Shown here: positions 32,306-46,497 of the stretch, in pieces
How the letters are laid out: the number at the start of each line of letters is the position of its first letter
Numbering within the stretch: position 1 is the first letter of the stretch
From: an uncultured Gemmatimonadales bacterium
Lineage (GTDB): Bacteria; Gemmatimonadota; Gemmatimonadetes; Longimicrobiales; Gaopeijiaceae
Direction of reading: 5' to 3'
Length of the DNA stretch: 64,000 nt
NCBI GenBank assembly: GCA_963823035.1
Contig: CAWGKG010000014.1
Location: 1-64,000 of the forward strand
Made by a program: the position numbers and the translations under genes
The notes under the pieces: generated by a model
Database searches by the model: none
What the model saw: only the letters and a program-made list of their open reading frames with translations
Told to the model about the DNA's origin: nothing

Positions 32306-33023
32306 GGGCGGATCGGGCGGGTCCCGCCGCCTCGCCGAGGAGGAGGTCGCGCTGATCCTGCGGCGCGCGGCGGACGTCGAGACCCGGCCCGAGCTCGCGG
32401 TGGCCGGGGACTCCACGCTCGCCGACGTCATGCGCGCCGCGGAGGAGGCCGGCCTCGATCCCACCGAGGTACGCAGGGCCGCGGCGATCCTTCCCCAGGC
32501 GGGTGGGGGTACCGCTTCGGCGGTCTTCGGTGCGCCGGACCACCGCGAGGTCCGCGCCTTCCTCGAGGGCGCGCGCCTCCCCACGGCACCGCACGAGCTG
32601 GTGCGCGCCGCCGAGGCCGCGCTCGGGCGGAGCGGCGCCGTGCGCGACAGCGATCCGGTGCGGTTCCGCTGGGAGGAGAGCCACCTGGGCGGTCGCACGA
32701 GCCTCGAGCTCGAGGAGAGCGGCGGCGGCGTGGCGGTCCGCGCCTCGGCCCACCGCGCCGGCCACTACCTGGGCGCCTGGTTCGTGGCGCTGGTGGGGTG
32801 GGCGACGCTCTCCGCGCTGACGCACCTCGGTGCCGTCCTCGCCCCGCTCCTGGTGGTGATCGGCTTCCTGCTCGCCCCGATCCTCGCGGTGCGGCCCTTC
32901 TGGACGAGGGCCGACGCCGCCACGCGGCGCCGGCTCGATCGGCTGGTCATGGACGCCCTGCGGGTCGTGGACACCGCCCCCCCGGACGCCCTGGCGCCCG
33001 GCGAAGCAGATACCCCGGACTGA
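32301..33023 (+). CDS. Hypothetical membrane protein (start uncertain)
   Basis: Open frame includes [16 protein letters not shown] upstream of the called GTG; two C-terminal TM segments. Confidence 0.6.
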   Translation, partial: AEGGSGGSRRLAEEEVALILRRAADVETRPELAVAGDSTLADVMRAAEEAGLDPTEVRRAAAILPQAGGGTASAVFGAPDHREVRAFLEGARLPTAPHELVRAAEAALGRSGAVRDSDPVRFRWEESHLGGRTSLELEESGGGVAVRASAHRAGHYLGAWFVALVGWATLSALTHLGAVLAPLLVVIGFLLAPILAVRPFWTRADAATRRRLDRLVMDALRVVDTAPPDALAPGEADTPD

Positions 33024-33186
33024 CGGCCCGAGGCGTCGACGGGCGGGTCGCGTCGCAGGGAGGCTCGGCCGCGCGTAGCGGCCGAGCGAGGCAAGCGGAG
33101 GAAGGTCGACGAAGCGACGAACCCGCGGCCGAGCGGCCGAGTCGCGACGCGATCCGTCCGCCGACGCCCCCACCCATGAGCCCGCC

Positions 33187-34850
<1,664 letters not shown>

Positions 34851-35612
34851 TCATCGCCCGCCTTCGCGGGTCCGATCCTCGTCGCTTCGGTCGATCCGAC
34901 CTGCCGTCATGAGCGCCGAGACCGCCTCGCGCGCCCGTTGGGTGAGGTCATCCCGATCGTCCGAGCGCAGCCCCTCGACCGCGATCGGCTCGCCGAAGCG
35001 CACCGTGATCGTGCGTCCGGTTCGGATCCGCCACGAGCCCTTCGCCATCACCTCACGGCTGCCGAGGATGGCCGCGGGCACGACCTCGACGTTCGCCTGG
35101 ATCGCAAGGACGAACGCGCCTTTCTTGAAGCTGCGCAACTCCCCCGTCGTCGAGCGCGTGCCCTCGGGAAAGAGGATCACGGTGGGGCGGTCCTCTTCGA
35201 GCCGTTTCCTGGCCACGCTCAGCGACTCGATCGCCCGGCTCCGGTCCTGCCGGTCGATGGAGATGTGGCCGCAGGCGAGCCAGGCCGGCCCCCAGATCGG
35301 CACCTTCTCCAGCTCCTTCTTCGCGACGAAGCGATAGGGTCCGGGGATCCACCCGGCCAGCACCAGGACATCGAACCAGGAGGCGTGGTTCGACACGAGG
35401 ACCTGGGGTCGATGCGGGTCGATCCTCTCGGGGTTCTCGAGCTCGACGCGCACGCCGGCCAGGCGCACCAGGATCCGAGCCCAGGTACGCGGCACCCAGT
35501 CGCAGATGGAGGGCAGCTTCGCACTCCGCCGCCAGGACGCCCATACGATCCTCGAGGCGTACCAGATCGTGACGGGGATCCCCAGCAGCGCCACGCGCAG
35601 GAAGCCGATCAT
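34851..35612 (-). CDS. plsC: 1-acyl-sn-glycerol-3-phosphate acyltransferase
   Basis: NHASWFD, FPEGTRS, FKKGAF. Confidence 0.88.
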   Translation of the reverse strand: MIGFLRVALLGIPVTIWYASRIVWASWRRSAKLPSICDWVPRTWARILVRLAGVRVELENPERIDPHRPQVLVSNHASWFDVLVLAGWIPGPYRFVAKKELEKVPIWGPAWLACGHISIDRQDRSRAIESLSVARKRLEEDRPTVILFPEGTRSTTGELRSFKKGAFVLAIQANVEVVPAAILGSREVMAKGSWRIRTGRTITVRFGEPIAVEGLRSDDRDDLTQRAREAVSALMTAGRIDRSDEDRTREGGR

Positions 35613-36616
35613 GGCCGCGTCGTCCCGAGGTGGCTGAAGCCGCCGCGCGCCGCCGGACGCACGGAGCCGTCCGCCGCCTCGAGCCACACCCCCTCCCCCT
35701 CCTCCACCCGCCCCACGCGGGTGAGGGCCACGCCGGCCTTCGACGCGGCCGTGACGGCGTCCATCGTGGCGGGCCCGACGGCAAAGCACAGCTCGTAATC
35801 CTCGCCGCCGTGAAGCGCCGCCTCCAGGGCGCCCTGCTCGCCCAGGGCCTCCACGGCCGCGATGGCCACGGGGACCCGGGCGACCTCCACGACGATGCGC
35901 ACCCCCGAAGCGGCCGCCAGGTGGCCCGCGTCGCCCGCGAGGCCGTCGGAGAGGTCGACCAGCGCGCGCAGGACGCCGGAGGCCGAGAGCGAGCGAGCCA
36001 CGTCCACCCGCGGCGTCGGGTGGGCGAACGCGGTGCGGATCGCATCGGACGGGGTCTCGCCGCGCCCCCAGACGGCCACGGCCGCGGCGCTGGCGCCGAG
36101 CGCGCCGGTGACCCAGATCTCGTCGCCGGGACTTGCCCCGCCGCGCAGGACGGGCGCTTCCGCCCGGCCGAGCACGACGACGTCCAGGACGCACGGTCCG
36201 GGCGAGCTCGAGACGTCGCCGCCCACCACCACCGCCCCCACCGCATGCGCCGCCTCGCGCACGCCGGCGTGGAGGCGCTCCGCGTCGACGTCGCGCCCGG
36301 TCGGGAGCGCCATGGAGACCAGCACCGCCACCGGTCTGGCCGCCATCGCCGCCAGGTCGGAGAGGGCGGAGGCCGCCGCGCGATAGCCGATCTCGTCGTC
36401 ACGCAGCCAGACGCGGCGGAAGTGCACGTCCTCCACCGAGAGGTCGGTGCTCACCACCCACCCTCCGTCGAGAACGGCCGCGTCGTCCCCCGGGCCCACG
36501 CGCACCTCCGCCGGCATCGCCTCGCCGTCGGCCAGGAAGCGGCGGATGAGGTCGAACTCGCCGCCCGGACCGAGCGGCGTGCCCTGCGACGCGGGATGCC
36601 GGGGAGGCGGCGACAT
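35609..36616 (-). CDS. thiL: Thiamine-monophosphate kinase
   Basis: GEFDLI, GDDAA, SDLAAM, DLSDGL, GGEDYEL. Confidence 0.93.
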   Translation of the reverse strand: MSPPPRHPASQGTPLGPGGEFDLIRRFLADGEAMPAEVRVGPGDDAAVLDGGWVVSTDLSVEDVHFRRVWLRDDEIGYRAAASALSDLAAMAARPVAVLVSMALPTGRDVDAERLHAGVREAAHAVGAVVVGGDVSSSPGPCVLDVVVLGRAEAPVLRGGASPGDEIWVTGALGASAAAVAVWGRGETPSDAIRTAFAHPTPRVDVARSLSASGVLRALVDLSDGLAGDAGHLAAASGVRIVVEVARVPVAIAAVEALGEQGALEAALHGGEDYELCFAVGPATMDAVTAASKAGVALTRVGRVEEGEGVWLEAADGSVRPAARGGFSHLGTTRP

Positions 36617-36618
36617 GC

Positions 36619-38200
36619 CTACCTCGGGGGATCCAGGTCGAGCGTGACGAAGGGAAGGCCGAGGCGGTCCGTGCCCACGCCGCGCTCGGCCAACGCCTCG
36701 GGTAGCCAGCGCACGACGTCGGACGGCGTGAGGCTGCGCCCCTTCCCCGCGAGTACGGAGGCGCGCCCGCTCAGGTACAGGGCGACGGCGCCCGCGTCGC
36801 GCGGCATCGAGGCCCTGGGCGAGCAGCCCGCCGCACACCCCGGTGAGCACGTCGCCCATCCCGGCGGTCGCGAGGTCCGAGGAGCCCTGCGTATCGACCT
36901 GGACGGGAAGACCCGGCGCGGCCACGAGCGAGGGCGCGCCCTTGAGGATCACCGCGCACCCCAGGTCGTTCGCGGCCTCGCGCACGACGGCGACGCGGTC
37001 GGCGGCGATCGCCTCGGCCGACAGCTCCCTCAGCCTTCCCATCTCCCCGGGATGCGGGGTGAGGAGGAGCCGCCGCCGCTTCGCCACCTCGCGCGTAGAG
37101 CCCCCGCGGGACTCCGCCAGCAGGTTGAGGCCGTCCGCGTCGACGACGACCGGCGCGGTGCCCACGAGCAGCACGCGGGCCAGGAGCGCCTCCCCGCGAG
37201 CGCCCGTGCCCAGCCCGGGGCCGACCGCCACCGCGGAGGCCTGGTCGAGCGCCCGGTCGAGGGCGTCGATGTCGTCGGCGTCCAGGAAGATGGCCTCGGG
37301 CACGGCGCCCTGGATCACCTCGCGATTCCCCGGAGCCGAGCACACCTGGACGAGCCCGGCGCCGGCACGCAGCCCGGCACGCACGCACAGGATGGCGGCG
37401 CCGGCCATCCCCGACTGGCCCGCGACCACGACCAGGCGGCCCACGGCGTTCTTGTGCGTGTCCAGCGCTCGGTCGGGAAGACGAGCCTGCGCCCACGCCG
37501 GCGTGGTCACGGCGGCGGACGCCGCCTCCGGCGGCATGGGCGGGAAGCCGATCTCGACCGCGACCACGCGGCCGGCCCGGCCGCGGCCGGGGAGGAGGAG
37601 ACAGCCGAGCTTCGGCGCGCCGAAGGACACGGTGACGTCCGCCCGGACGGCCTCCCCCGGCACCGCTCCGGTTGCGGCGTCCACGCCGGAGGGGATGTCC
37701 ATGGCCAGCACCGGCCGGCCGGCCGCGTGGAGGTGACGGATGGCCCGCGCCTGGCGTTCGCGCGGTGCACCCTGCACGCCCGTCCCCAACATGCCGTCCA
37801 CCACGATCGCCGCCCCAGCGAGAAGCTCGCCCCAACCGGCGTCGTCGAGGTCACCGTCCTCCACCCACGGGACCGTCCACGCGTGCAACACGGTCTCGGG
37901 ACCCACGCGGTCGGCGACGAGGACCGCCCGCACCTCCCGCCCCCAGGCGGCCAGGGTGCGCAGCGCCACCAGGGCGTCGCCCCCGTTGTTGCCCGCGCCG
38001 ACGAGCGCGACCACGAGGCCACGCGGATAGAGCCGGTCGAGGATGGTGGCCGCCGCGCGTCCGGCGTTCTCCATGAGGACCGGCTGCGGCACGCCCAGCT
38101 CTTCGATGGCCTGCCGGTCGAAGTCGGCCGACTCCTTCCCCGTCGCGGCCGGCACGTCCAGGCGGCCGTAGGGGCGGAGCGGGGGGTGGAGCACGCTCAC
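36619..38200 (-). CDS. nnr: Bifunctional NAD(P)H-hydrate epimerase/dehydratase (frameshift near 36800)
   Basis: LMENAG, GNNGGD, DIPSG, TPHPGE, LATAGMGDVLTG. Confidence 0.92.
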
Positions 38201-38333
38201 CGGGCCCTCCGCCTGGCGTCGCGCGGGGCGCACCGGACGGCGCGGGCGGTGCGGCCGCTCCCGCGAGGGCGACATCGTAGGTAGAGGGTCACGGAGGGAC
38301 GGCCTCCCCGGAAGGGGAGGGTCCCGCGGGGAG

Positions 38334-38537
38334 CTACTTGTAGCTCTGGCCGATGGAGCGACCGAACGTCACTTCGCCGTTGTCGATCCGGATGTTGAAC
38401 CCGCAGTCGGGATTGGAGCAGACCCACGCCTTGTAGCGGATCGGAGCGCCGTCGCGACCGTAGTCGGACAACGGCAGCAGGATGCCGACCTCGCACTTCA
38501 AGCAACGCGGGAACCCGCTGTCTTCCACCATGTGCAT
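38334..38537 (-). CDS. Small zinc-ribbon-like protein
   Basis: CLKC...CSNPDC; GGAGG RBS. Confidence 0.75.
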   Translation of the reverse strand: MHMVEDSGFPRCLKCEVGILLPLSDYGRDGAPIRYKAWVCSNPDCGFNIRIDNGEVTFGRSIGQSYK

Positions 38538-38636
38538 CCCCTCCCATCGGCGAGGCGCCGAGCACCGTCGCAGAGGCGCCCGGACGTGCCGGGCCTGTTC
38601 TGGTTTGGCGCCCGAACCAGGTCCGGACGCAGGTCG

Positions 38637-39017
38637 TCAGGGTCGAGCTTCCCAGGGATAGTTCAGCTCGAAGGCCTCCTCGAAGTCGAACACGTCGGCG
38701 AAGTCCTCGAGCCGATCCCCTTCCTGCTTGACGAGGATGCCCTGCTCCACCAACGCGAAGACCACACATCCCACATCCTCGGTGGCATGGATTCCCCAGT
38801 GCTCGAGCACCGTTCGCGCCATCGGCCCGAACCGCTCCAACGCGAGCTCGCGCATCCCTTCGGCCAACTCCCGGCCCGTGATGTGCCTCGGCTCTTCCAA
38901 CTTCTGGATGACGGAATGCAGCGCCGCAAGCACGAAGAAGTACGCCTTCGCGTGGAAGCGCGGGTTCCGCTCCTGGAGTTGGTCCAGGATCTCTTCGGCG
39001 AACTGGAGATCGGTCAT
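38637..39017 (-). CDS. Minf_1886-like (TIGR04138-type) conserved protein
   Basis: AYFFVL, RHITGREL, FGPMARTVLEHWGI..TEDVG. Confidence 0.75.
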   Translation of the reverse strand: MTDLQFAEEILDQLQERNPRFHAKAYFFVLAALHSVIQKLEEPRHITGRELAEGMRELALERFGPMARTVLEHWGIHATEDVGCVVFALVEQGILVKQEGDRLEDFADVFDFEEAFELNYPWEARP

Positions 39018-39117
39018 GACGCCAAATGTGGTCGTAGCGCCACGCGTGCGCCAGGGGAGGCGGAGACGCGCGCCGGGTCCCGGCGCGCCTCGCCTGTCCG
39101 GGCTCGTGACCTCTCCG

Positions 39118-40381
39118 TTACGCCAGTTCCGCCAGCTCGCGGTAGAGCGGGAAGCCCTCGCACAGCGTGCGCACTTCCGCGCGGATCCCCGCGATGCGGT
39201 CCGCGTCCGCCGGGGCCCCCAGCACCTCGGAGATCCACGCGGCGATGCGTGCCATTTCCGGCTCCTTCATCCCGCGCGTGGTGAGCGCGGGCGTGCCGAT
39301 GCGCAGCCCCGACGTGACGAAGGGCGAGCGCGTCTCACCCGGAACCGTGTTCTTGTTGACCGTGATCCCGGCCGTCTCCAGCACGGCCTCGGCCTCCTTC
39401 CCGGTCAGCTCGGCGTGGCTGGGCCGCAGGTCCACGAGCATGAGGTGGTTGTCCGTCCCACCGCTCACCAGGTGGAAGCCACGCTCCATCAGCCCCTCGC
39501 CGAGCGCGCGCGCGTTGGCGATGACCTGCGCCGAATAGTCCTTGAACTCGGGCCGGAGCGCCTCGAGCAACGCCACCGCCTTGGCGGCGATGACGTGCAT
39601 GAGCGGTCCCCCCTGCATGAAGGGGAAGACCGTCTTGTCGATCGCCTTCGCGTGCTCTTCCCGACAGAGCACGAGGCCTCCGCGCGGCCCGCGCAGCGTC
39701 TTGTGGGTGGTGGTGGTCACCACGTCGGAGTGGGGCACCGGGGACGGGTGGTGCCCCGTCGCCACCAGACCCGGCGATGTGCGCCATGTCGACCAGGAGC
39801 TTCGCGTCGACCTCACGCGCGATCTCGCCGAACGCCTCGAAGTCGATGAGCCGCGGGTAGGCGCTCGCGCCCGCCACGATCATCTTCGGCCGCTCCGCGC
39901 GGGCCTGCTCGCGAAGCGCGTCGTAGTCGATGAGCCCGTCCTGGTCGCCGACCCCGTAGCTCACCACCTGAAAGAGACGCCCGCTGAAGTTCACGGGGGA
40001 CCCGTGCGTGAGATGGCCGCCGTGGCTCAGGCTCATCCCCAGGATCTTGTCCCCCGGGTCCAGGAAGGCGAAGTACGCGGCCATGTTGGCCTGGGCGCCC
40101 GAGTGCGGCTGCACGTTCGCGTGATCCGCGGCGAAGAGCTCCTTCGCCCGCTCGCGCGCCAGGTCCTCGGCCACGTCGACGAACTCGCATCCGCCGTAGT
40201 AGCGCTTGGAGGGAAGGCCCTCCGCGTACTTGTTCGTCATGACGGTGCCCATCGCCTCCAGCACCGCCCGCGACACGAAGTTCTCCGAGGCGATCAGCTC
40301 GAGCCCCTCGGACTGTCGACGCGCCTCGTCGACGATCGCCCGGTAGACCTTCGGGTCCGTCTCCTTCAGGTGGTCCATCAT
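39118..40381 (-). CDS. glyA: Serine hydroxymethyltransferase (frameshift near 39775)
   Basis: [33 protein letters not shown]. Confidence 0.96.
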
Positions 40382-40397
40382 GTCGGGAAGTCCCCTC

Positions 40398-41463
40398 CTA
40401 CAGGTACGTCTTCTGGAGCTGCCGGGCCTCCATGATGCGGCTCTCGGCGACGCGATCCGCCGCGACGTTCGTGGAGACCCCGTCGGACTTCGCCCGCTCG
40501 AAGATGCGCAGCAGGGTGTTGTAGATGTCGCCGGCCTTCCGCTTGCTGCGCTCCGCCGACCAGTCGTTGATCTCGCCGTACACGTTGATGAGGCCGCCGG
40601 CGTTGATCACGTAGTCCGGTGCGTACAGGATGTTCTTCTTGTCGAGGGCGTCGCCGTGATGCGAGCGCGCGAGCTGGTTGTTCGCCGCGCCGGCCACGAT
40701 GTCGAACTTGAACCCCGCGAGCGTGTCGTCGTTCACCACGGCGCCCAGCGCGCAGGGCGCGAAGATGTCCGCCTTCACCCCGTAGATCGCGTCGTGCTCC
40801 ACGGCGGTCGCACCGAATTCCTCGACCACGCGCTGCACCCGGTCCTTGTCCAGGTCGGTGACCGTGAGCTTCGCGCCCTCGGCCGCCAGGTCCTCGCACA
40901 GGTAGTAGCCCACGTGGCCGACGCCCTGCACCGCCACGTGCTTCCCGGCCAGGGAGTCGTTCCCGTAGCGGAAGGCGGCGCACGCCTTGATGCCCCGGTA
41001 CACGCCGAACGCCGTGACCGGCGAGGGATCGCCCGAGCCGCCCAGGACGCCGACGACGTGCTCGGTCTCCATGTGGACGAACTCCATGTCGTCCGGGCGA
41101 CGTGCCCACGTCCTCGGCCGTGATGTAGCGGCCCTTCAGCGAGTCGACCGCGCGCCCGTGGGCGCGGAAGATCATCTCGCGGTCCTTCACCTTGTTGTCG
41201 CCGATGATGACCGACTTGCCGCCACCCAGGTTCAGCCCGGTGATCGCGGCCTTGTACGTCATCCCGCGCGACAGGCGCAGGGCGTCGACGATCGCGTCCG
41301 CCTCGCTCTCGTAGCTCCAGAATCGCGTTCCGCCGAGGGCGGGACCCATGGTCGTGTCATGGATCGCGATGATCCCCTTGTAGCCGAACATCGGCTCGCT
41401 CCAGAACACGAGCTGCTCGTGCTTCCTCTCGGACATCAACTCGAAGATTTCCATGTCGCTCAC
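40398..41463 (-). CDS. Leucine dehydrogenase (Glu/Leu/Phe/Val DH family; frameshift near 41100)
   Basis: [30 protein letters not shown]. Confidence 0.92.
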
Positions 41464-41518
41464 ACTCCGCGCCTTTCTCTCGTCGTGAAGTGATTCCCGG
41501 TCCAGGGCCCGAGGTGGC

Positions 41519-42682
41519 CTAGGATTCGCGGGCCGCCCGCAGGATCTCGCGGGCGATCACGTGCCTCATGATCTCGTTGGTCCCTTCGTAGATCTCCGTG
41601 CCCTTCGCATCCCGGAGGAGCTTCTCCACGGGATAGTCCCGCATGTAGCCGTAGCCTCCGAAGATCTGAACGGCCTCGTCGGCCGCCCAGGTCGCGGCCT
41701 CGCTGGCCGCGAGCTTGGCCACCGCCGCGCGGGCGGTGAGCCCGTCGGGCCCGGAGCGGCTGCAACGGCCGCTCCCGACCCCGTCCAGCGCCGACCCGGC
41801 ATGGTGCGCCATCGCGCGCGCGCAAGCAATCCGCCGATGCATCTCCGCCAGCTTCGCCTGCGTCGCGCCGAAATCCGCCAGCGCGGTCCCGAACTGGTGT
41901 CGTTCCAGCGCGTAGGCCGTGGCGTGCTCCAGGGCGGCCCGGCCGATGCCCACGGCCTGCGCCGCGATGCCGACGCGGCCCGCGTCGATCGCCTCCAGCG
42001 CCTGGCCCATCCCCTCCCCCGCCTTCCCCACGAGCGCGTCTCCGTCCAGCCGCATCCCGTCGAGGTGCACGGTGACGGTCTGGGAGGCGCGCAGCCCGAG
42101 CGTCTGCTCGGTCGCGCCGACCTGGTAGCCCTCTGTGTCGGGACGCGCCAGGAACGTGCTCACGCCTTCGTCCGTGCGCGCGAAGAGGACGGCCAGCCCC
42201 GCCCGCGCGCCGTTGGTGACCCAGCGCTTCACCCCCGTGACGCGCCAACCGTCGCCGTCGGGATCGGCCGTGGCGCTCAGCGCCGCCGCGTCGCTGCCCG
42301 CCTCCGGCTCCGAGAGCGCGAAGGCGCCCACCACCTCGCCCGACGCCAGCCGCGGCAGCCACGCGGCCTTCTGTGCGTCCGAGCCGTGCTTCAGGATCAG
42401 GCCGCACACGGGCCCGTTGTGGATGGCCACCGAGAGCGCCACCGCGGCGTCGCCCCGTGCCAGCTCCTCGAGGACGAGGAGGTACGTCCCGGCGTCGAAG
42501 CCGAGCCCACCGTGCTCCTCCGGCACGCGCATGCCCAGGAAGCCCAGCTCGGCCAGCTTGCCGAACACGGACTCGTCGAGCGCCCGCTCCGCGTCCCACG
42601 CCGCTGCGTGGGGTCGGAGCTCGCCGTCGGCGAACTCCCGCGCCAGGGTCTGGATCTCGAGCTGCTCGGGGGTAGGCTCCAC
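41519..42682 (-). CDS. Acyl-CoA dehydrogenase
   Basis: [28 protein letters not shown]. Confidence 0.94.
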   Translation of the reverse strand: MEPTPEQLEIQTLAREFADGELRPHAAAWDAERALDESVFGKLAELGFLGMRVPEEHGGLGFDAGTYLLVLEELARGDAAVALSVAIHNGPVCGLILKHGSDAQKAAWLPRLASGEVVGAFALSEPEAGSDAAALSATADPDGDGWRVTGVKRWVTNGARAGLAVLFARTDEGVSTFLARPDTEGYQVGATEQTLGLRASQTVTVHLDGMRLDGDALVGKAGEGMGQALEAIDAGRVGIAAQAVGIGRAALEHATAYALERHQFGTALADFGATQAKLAEMHRRIACARAMAHHAGSALDGVGSGRCSRSGPDGLTARAAVAKLAASEAATWAADEAVQIFGGYGYMRDYPVEKLLRDAKGTEIYEGTNEIMRHVIAREILRAARES

Positions 42683-42691
42683 GCGGACTTC

Positions 42692-43542
<851 letters not shown>

Positions 43543-43546
<4 letters not shown>

Positions 43547-44509
43547 CCTTCCTCCGTTCCAGTCTTCGCGTCGACGTCGCGTCGGACGCCGTCCTGCTCC
43601 TCTTCTCCGTCCCGCCTCCCGAACGCCAGCGGCCGGCGCGCCAGGGCGGCGGGCTCGAGCCGCGAGCCACCGCACCCGCCAGAGCGCGGCCGCCGCACCC
43701 AGGAAGCCGAGCGTCGCCACCACGCTTCCCTCCGGTCCGAAGGCCCCCCCGCTCCACCAATCCGGGCCGCGGGCGACACCTTCCACCAACGGCGCGTCCA
43801 GCAGCTCCAGCCCGCTGACCGGGAGGTCGGCGAGCCAACCGATCCCCCAGTTCCACCCGAGGTGGGCCGCTGCGGCCCACCACAGGCTTCCCGTGCGCAG
43901 GTACACCACGCCCAGGAACACGCCGGCGGCGGCCGTATTGGCCGCCCCGAGCACCGTGACGTCCGGGTTGGGCAGGTGCAGCGCCCCGAACGCCAGGGAG
44001 GTGATCCCCAGCCCCCACACCGGCCCCCAGGCCTCCGTGACGGCCTGAAGCGGGTATCCCCGGAGGAGTGCCTCCTCCGCCGCAGCCGGGATGGCGAGCA
44101 ACGCCGCAGCGCCGACCGCGCCCCCCATCCAACCCGGGAACGATCCCCTGTCCCCGCTCCACGTGAGGCCCCCGGAGAGGGCGATCGCGCCGACCACCAG
44201 CACCGCGAGCGCGACACCGACCGCCAGCCCCCGCGCCACTTCCCCGGGCACCGAGGGCGCCAGGTGGAAGCCCAGCGCGCCCGGTCCACGCCCGTCCAGC
44301 GAGAGGCAGGTCGCGCCCGCCGCCCACGCCCCGAGGAGGATGGCGAGCGAGCCACCCACCAGCCCCAGGGGCTGCAACAACGCTCCGGCGAGCGCCCCCA
44401 CCGTGAGGGCGATCCCGAACCAGAGGAGGAGGCGCCACCCGAGGCGCACCCTCCCGTCCCTGTCGCGGAGGAAGCTGCCGGCCGATCTCGGCCCGCTAGC
44501 CCTGCCCAC
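43543..44509 (-). CDS. CPBP (Abi/CAAX) intramembrane metalloprotease (probable frameshift near 43660)
   Basis: EEALLRGY, FGALH, HLGWN; alternate frame stops in an ATGA overlap with hbd. Confidence 0.85.
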
Positions 44510-44515
44510 GCAACG

Positions 44516-44545
44516 AAAAAGCCCCGGGCGTCAACGCCCGAGGCT
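44516..44545 (-). terminator. Intrinsic terminator overlapping the bioY stop
   Basis: AGCCTCGGGCG-TTGA-CGCCCGGGGCT followed by a T-run on the minus strand. Confidence 0.7.
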
Positions 44546-45112
44546 CGTCGATTCGACCGACCTGGTCAGAAGAGCCGCCGCGAGGATCTTGGCGACGTCT
44601 CCGGCCAGGAAAGGCAATACGCCTACCTGGAGGAGCTCGCCGAGCCCCTCGCCGGTGAGGAGGAAGAGCCAGGAGACGCCGCCCGCGTAGATCGTCGCGA
44701 GCCCGAGGGCGAGCCCGCCGATGCGCCGCGGCCAGCCGCGGTCGCCGGAAGCCAGCAGGCCCGTGAGGAACGCGGCGGCCGGCATGGCCACGAGATATCC
44801 GCCGGTCGGACCGAGCAGCCAACCGACCCCGGCGCCGCCCAGCGCGAACACGGGCGCGCCGGCCGCCCCCACGGCCAGGTAGAGGGCCATCGCCCCCGCC
44901 CCGGCGCGCGCGCCCAGCACGGCGCCCGCCAGGATGACGAACAGCGGCTGCAAGGACATCGGAACGGCCGTGCCGGGGATGGGCACCGCGATGTAGGCGC
45001 CCAACGCCGTCGCGATCGCGAAGGCGACGATGCCGATGCCGCTACGGGCCCGGCGATCCGTCACCACCTCGCGTCCCGCGACCGTTCTCAGCGTCTCCGT
45101 CAGCGTGCTCAT
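44531..45112 (-). CDS. bioY: Biotin transporter BioY
   Basis: VPMSLQ, GPTGGYL, PFLAGD. Confidence 0.92.
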   Translation of the reverse strand: MSTLTETLRTVAGREVVTDRRARSGIGIVAFAIATALGAYIAVPIPGTAVPMSLQPLFVILAGAVLGARAGAGAMALYLAVGAAGAPVFALGGAGVGWLLGPTGGYLVAMPAAAFLTGLLASGDRGWPRRIGGLALGLATIYAGGVSWLFLLTGEGLGELLQVGVLPFLAGDVAKILAAALLTRSVESTSLGR

Positions 45113-45137
45113 CGACCTTCCTTCTCCGGGTGTTGGA

Positions 45138-46352
45138 TCAAACGCGCTCCACCGAGAGCGCCACGGCGTTTCCGCCGCCCAGACACAGCGTCGCGAGGCC
45201 CGTCCCGGCGCCGCGCTGCTCCATCGCGTTCAGGAGGGTGATCAGGATGCGGGCGCCCGACGCGCCGATCGGGTGGCCGAGGGCGACCGCACCGCCGTTC
45301 ACGTTCACCCGGGCCTCGTCCATGCCCAAGGCGCGCATGTCCGCGATGGCCTGCACGGCGAACGCCTCGTTCACCTCGAAGAGCTCGTAGTCGCCGATCG
45401 CCTTCCCCTCGCGCTTCATGAGCCGCTGCACGGCGTCGATGGGCGCGAAGAAGAGGTCCTTCGGCTCCGTGGCTCCCGATGCGTACGCACCGATGATCGC
45501 GTCGATGGGGAGCCCGTTCGCCTCGGCGTACTCCTGCGAGGCCACCACCACCGCGGCGGCTCCGTCGTTCAGGCCGGGGGCGTTGCCGGCGGTCACCACG
45601 TACTGCGGCAGCCCGGCCGGGGCGTCCTTCACGAAGGCCGGCTTGAGCTTCGCCAGCGCCTCGATCGAAGTGTCGGCGCGCGGGCCCTCGTCGGTGTCCA
45701 CCACCGTCGTGCCCTTCCGCCCGGCGATCTCGACGGGAACGATCTCGCTGTGGAAACGCCCCTCCTGGATGGCCGCGACGGCCTTCTGGTGCGACCGCAG
45801 GGAGAAGGCGTCCGCATCCTCGCGGCTGACGCCGGCCTTGTCGGCCGTGTACTCCGCGTGGCCGCCCATGTGGCAGTTCCCGAACGAGCACCACAGCCCG
45901 TCGTAGATCAGCCCGTCCTGGACCGTCTGGTCGCCGAACTTCACGCCTCCGCGCATCCCGCGCAGGTAGTACGGCACGTTGGACATCGACTCCATCCCGC
46001 CGGCCACCACCAGGCGGGCGTCGCCGGCCCGGATGGCCTGCGCCGCCAGCATGACGGCCTTGAGGCCCGACCCGCACACCTTGTTGACGGTGAGCGCCGG
46101 GATGGTGGCCGGAAGCCCGCCGTTCACCGCCGCCTGCCGGGCGGGCGCCTGGCCCGCACCGGCGCCGACCACGTTGCCCATGATGACCTCGTCCACGTCG
46201 CCGCCGTCGATCCCGGCGCGGTCGACCGCGGCGCGCACGACGATGGCTCCGAGGGCGGGAGCGGTCAGGGGGCTGAGGCCTCCGAGGAAGCGCCCGATCG
46301 CGGTACGGGCCCCTCCCTTGAGGATCACGGCGGTCCTGGACTTATCGGTCAT
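45138..46352 (-). CDS. Acetyl-CoA C-acetyltransferase (thiolase)
   Basis: NKVCGSG, NEAFA, GHPIGASG, CLGGG. Confidence 0.95.
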   Translation of the reverse strand: MTDKSRTAVILKGGARTAIGRFLGGLSPLTAPALGAIVVRAAVDRAGIDGGDVDEVIMGNVVGAGAGQAPARQAAVNGGLPATIPALTVNKVCGSGLKAVMLAAQAIRAGDARLVVAGGMESMSNVPYYLRGMRGGVKFGDQTVQDGLIYDGLWCSFGNCHMGGHAEYTADKAGVSREDADAFSLRSHQKAVAAIQEGRFHSEIVPVEIAGRKGTTVVDTDEGPRADTSIEALAKLKPAFVKDAPAGLPQYVVTAGNAPGLNDGAAAVVVASQEYAEANGLPIDAIIGAYASGATEPKDLFFAPIDAVQRLMKREGKAIGDYELFEVNEAFAVQAIADMRALGMDEARVNVNGGAVALGHPIGASGARILITLLNAMEQRGAGTGLATLCLGGGNAVALSVERV

Positions 46353-46497
46353 GGGTTCGGCTCTCGGATTGTCACTGCGGGCGGGTGCTGGAAACGTGTG
46401 CTGGCGGGGATTCCAGCCCCTACAAGATAGGGGAAAAAGGGGGTGCGGTCACCCGAAAAGACGGAGGCGGCCACGTGGGGTGCGGTCGGGGCCCCGC

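Noticed and set aside
35609..38275. Apparent Nnr-ThiL fusion
   Set aside because: The true Nnr C-terminus is in another frame ending at 36619; ThiL has its own ATG and RBS
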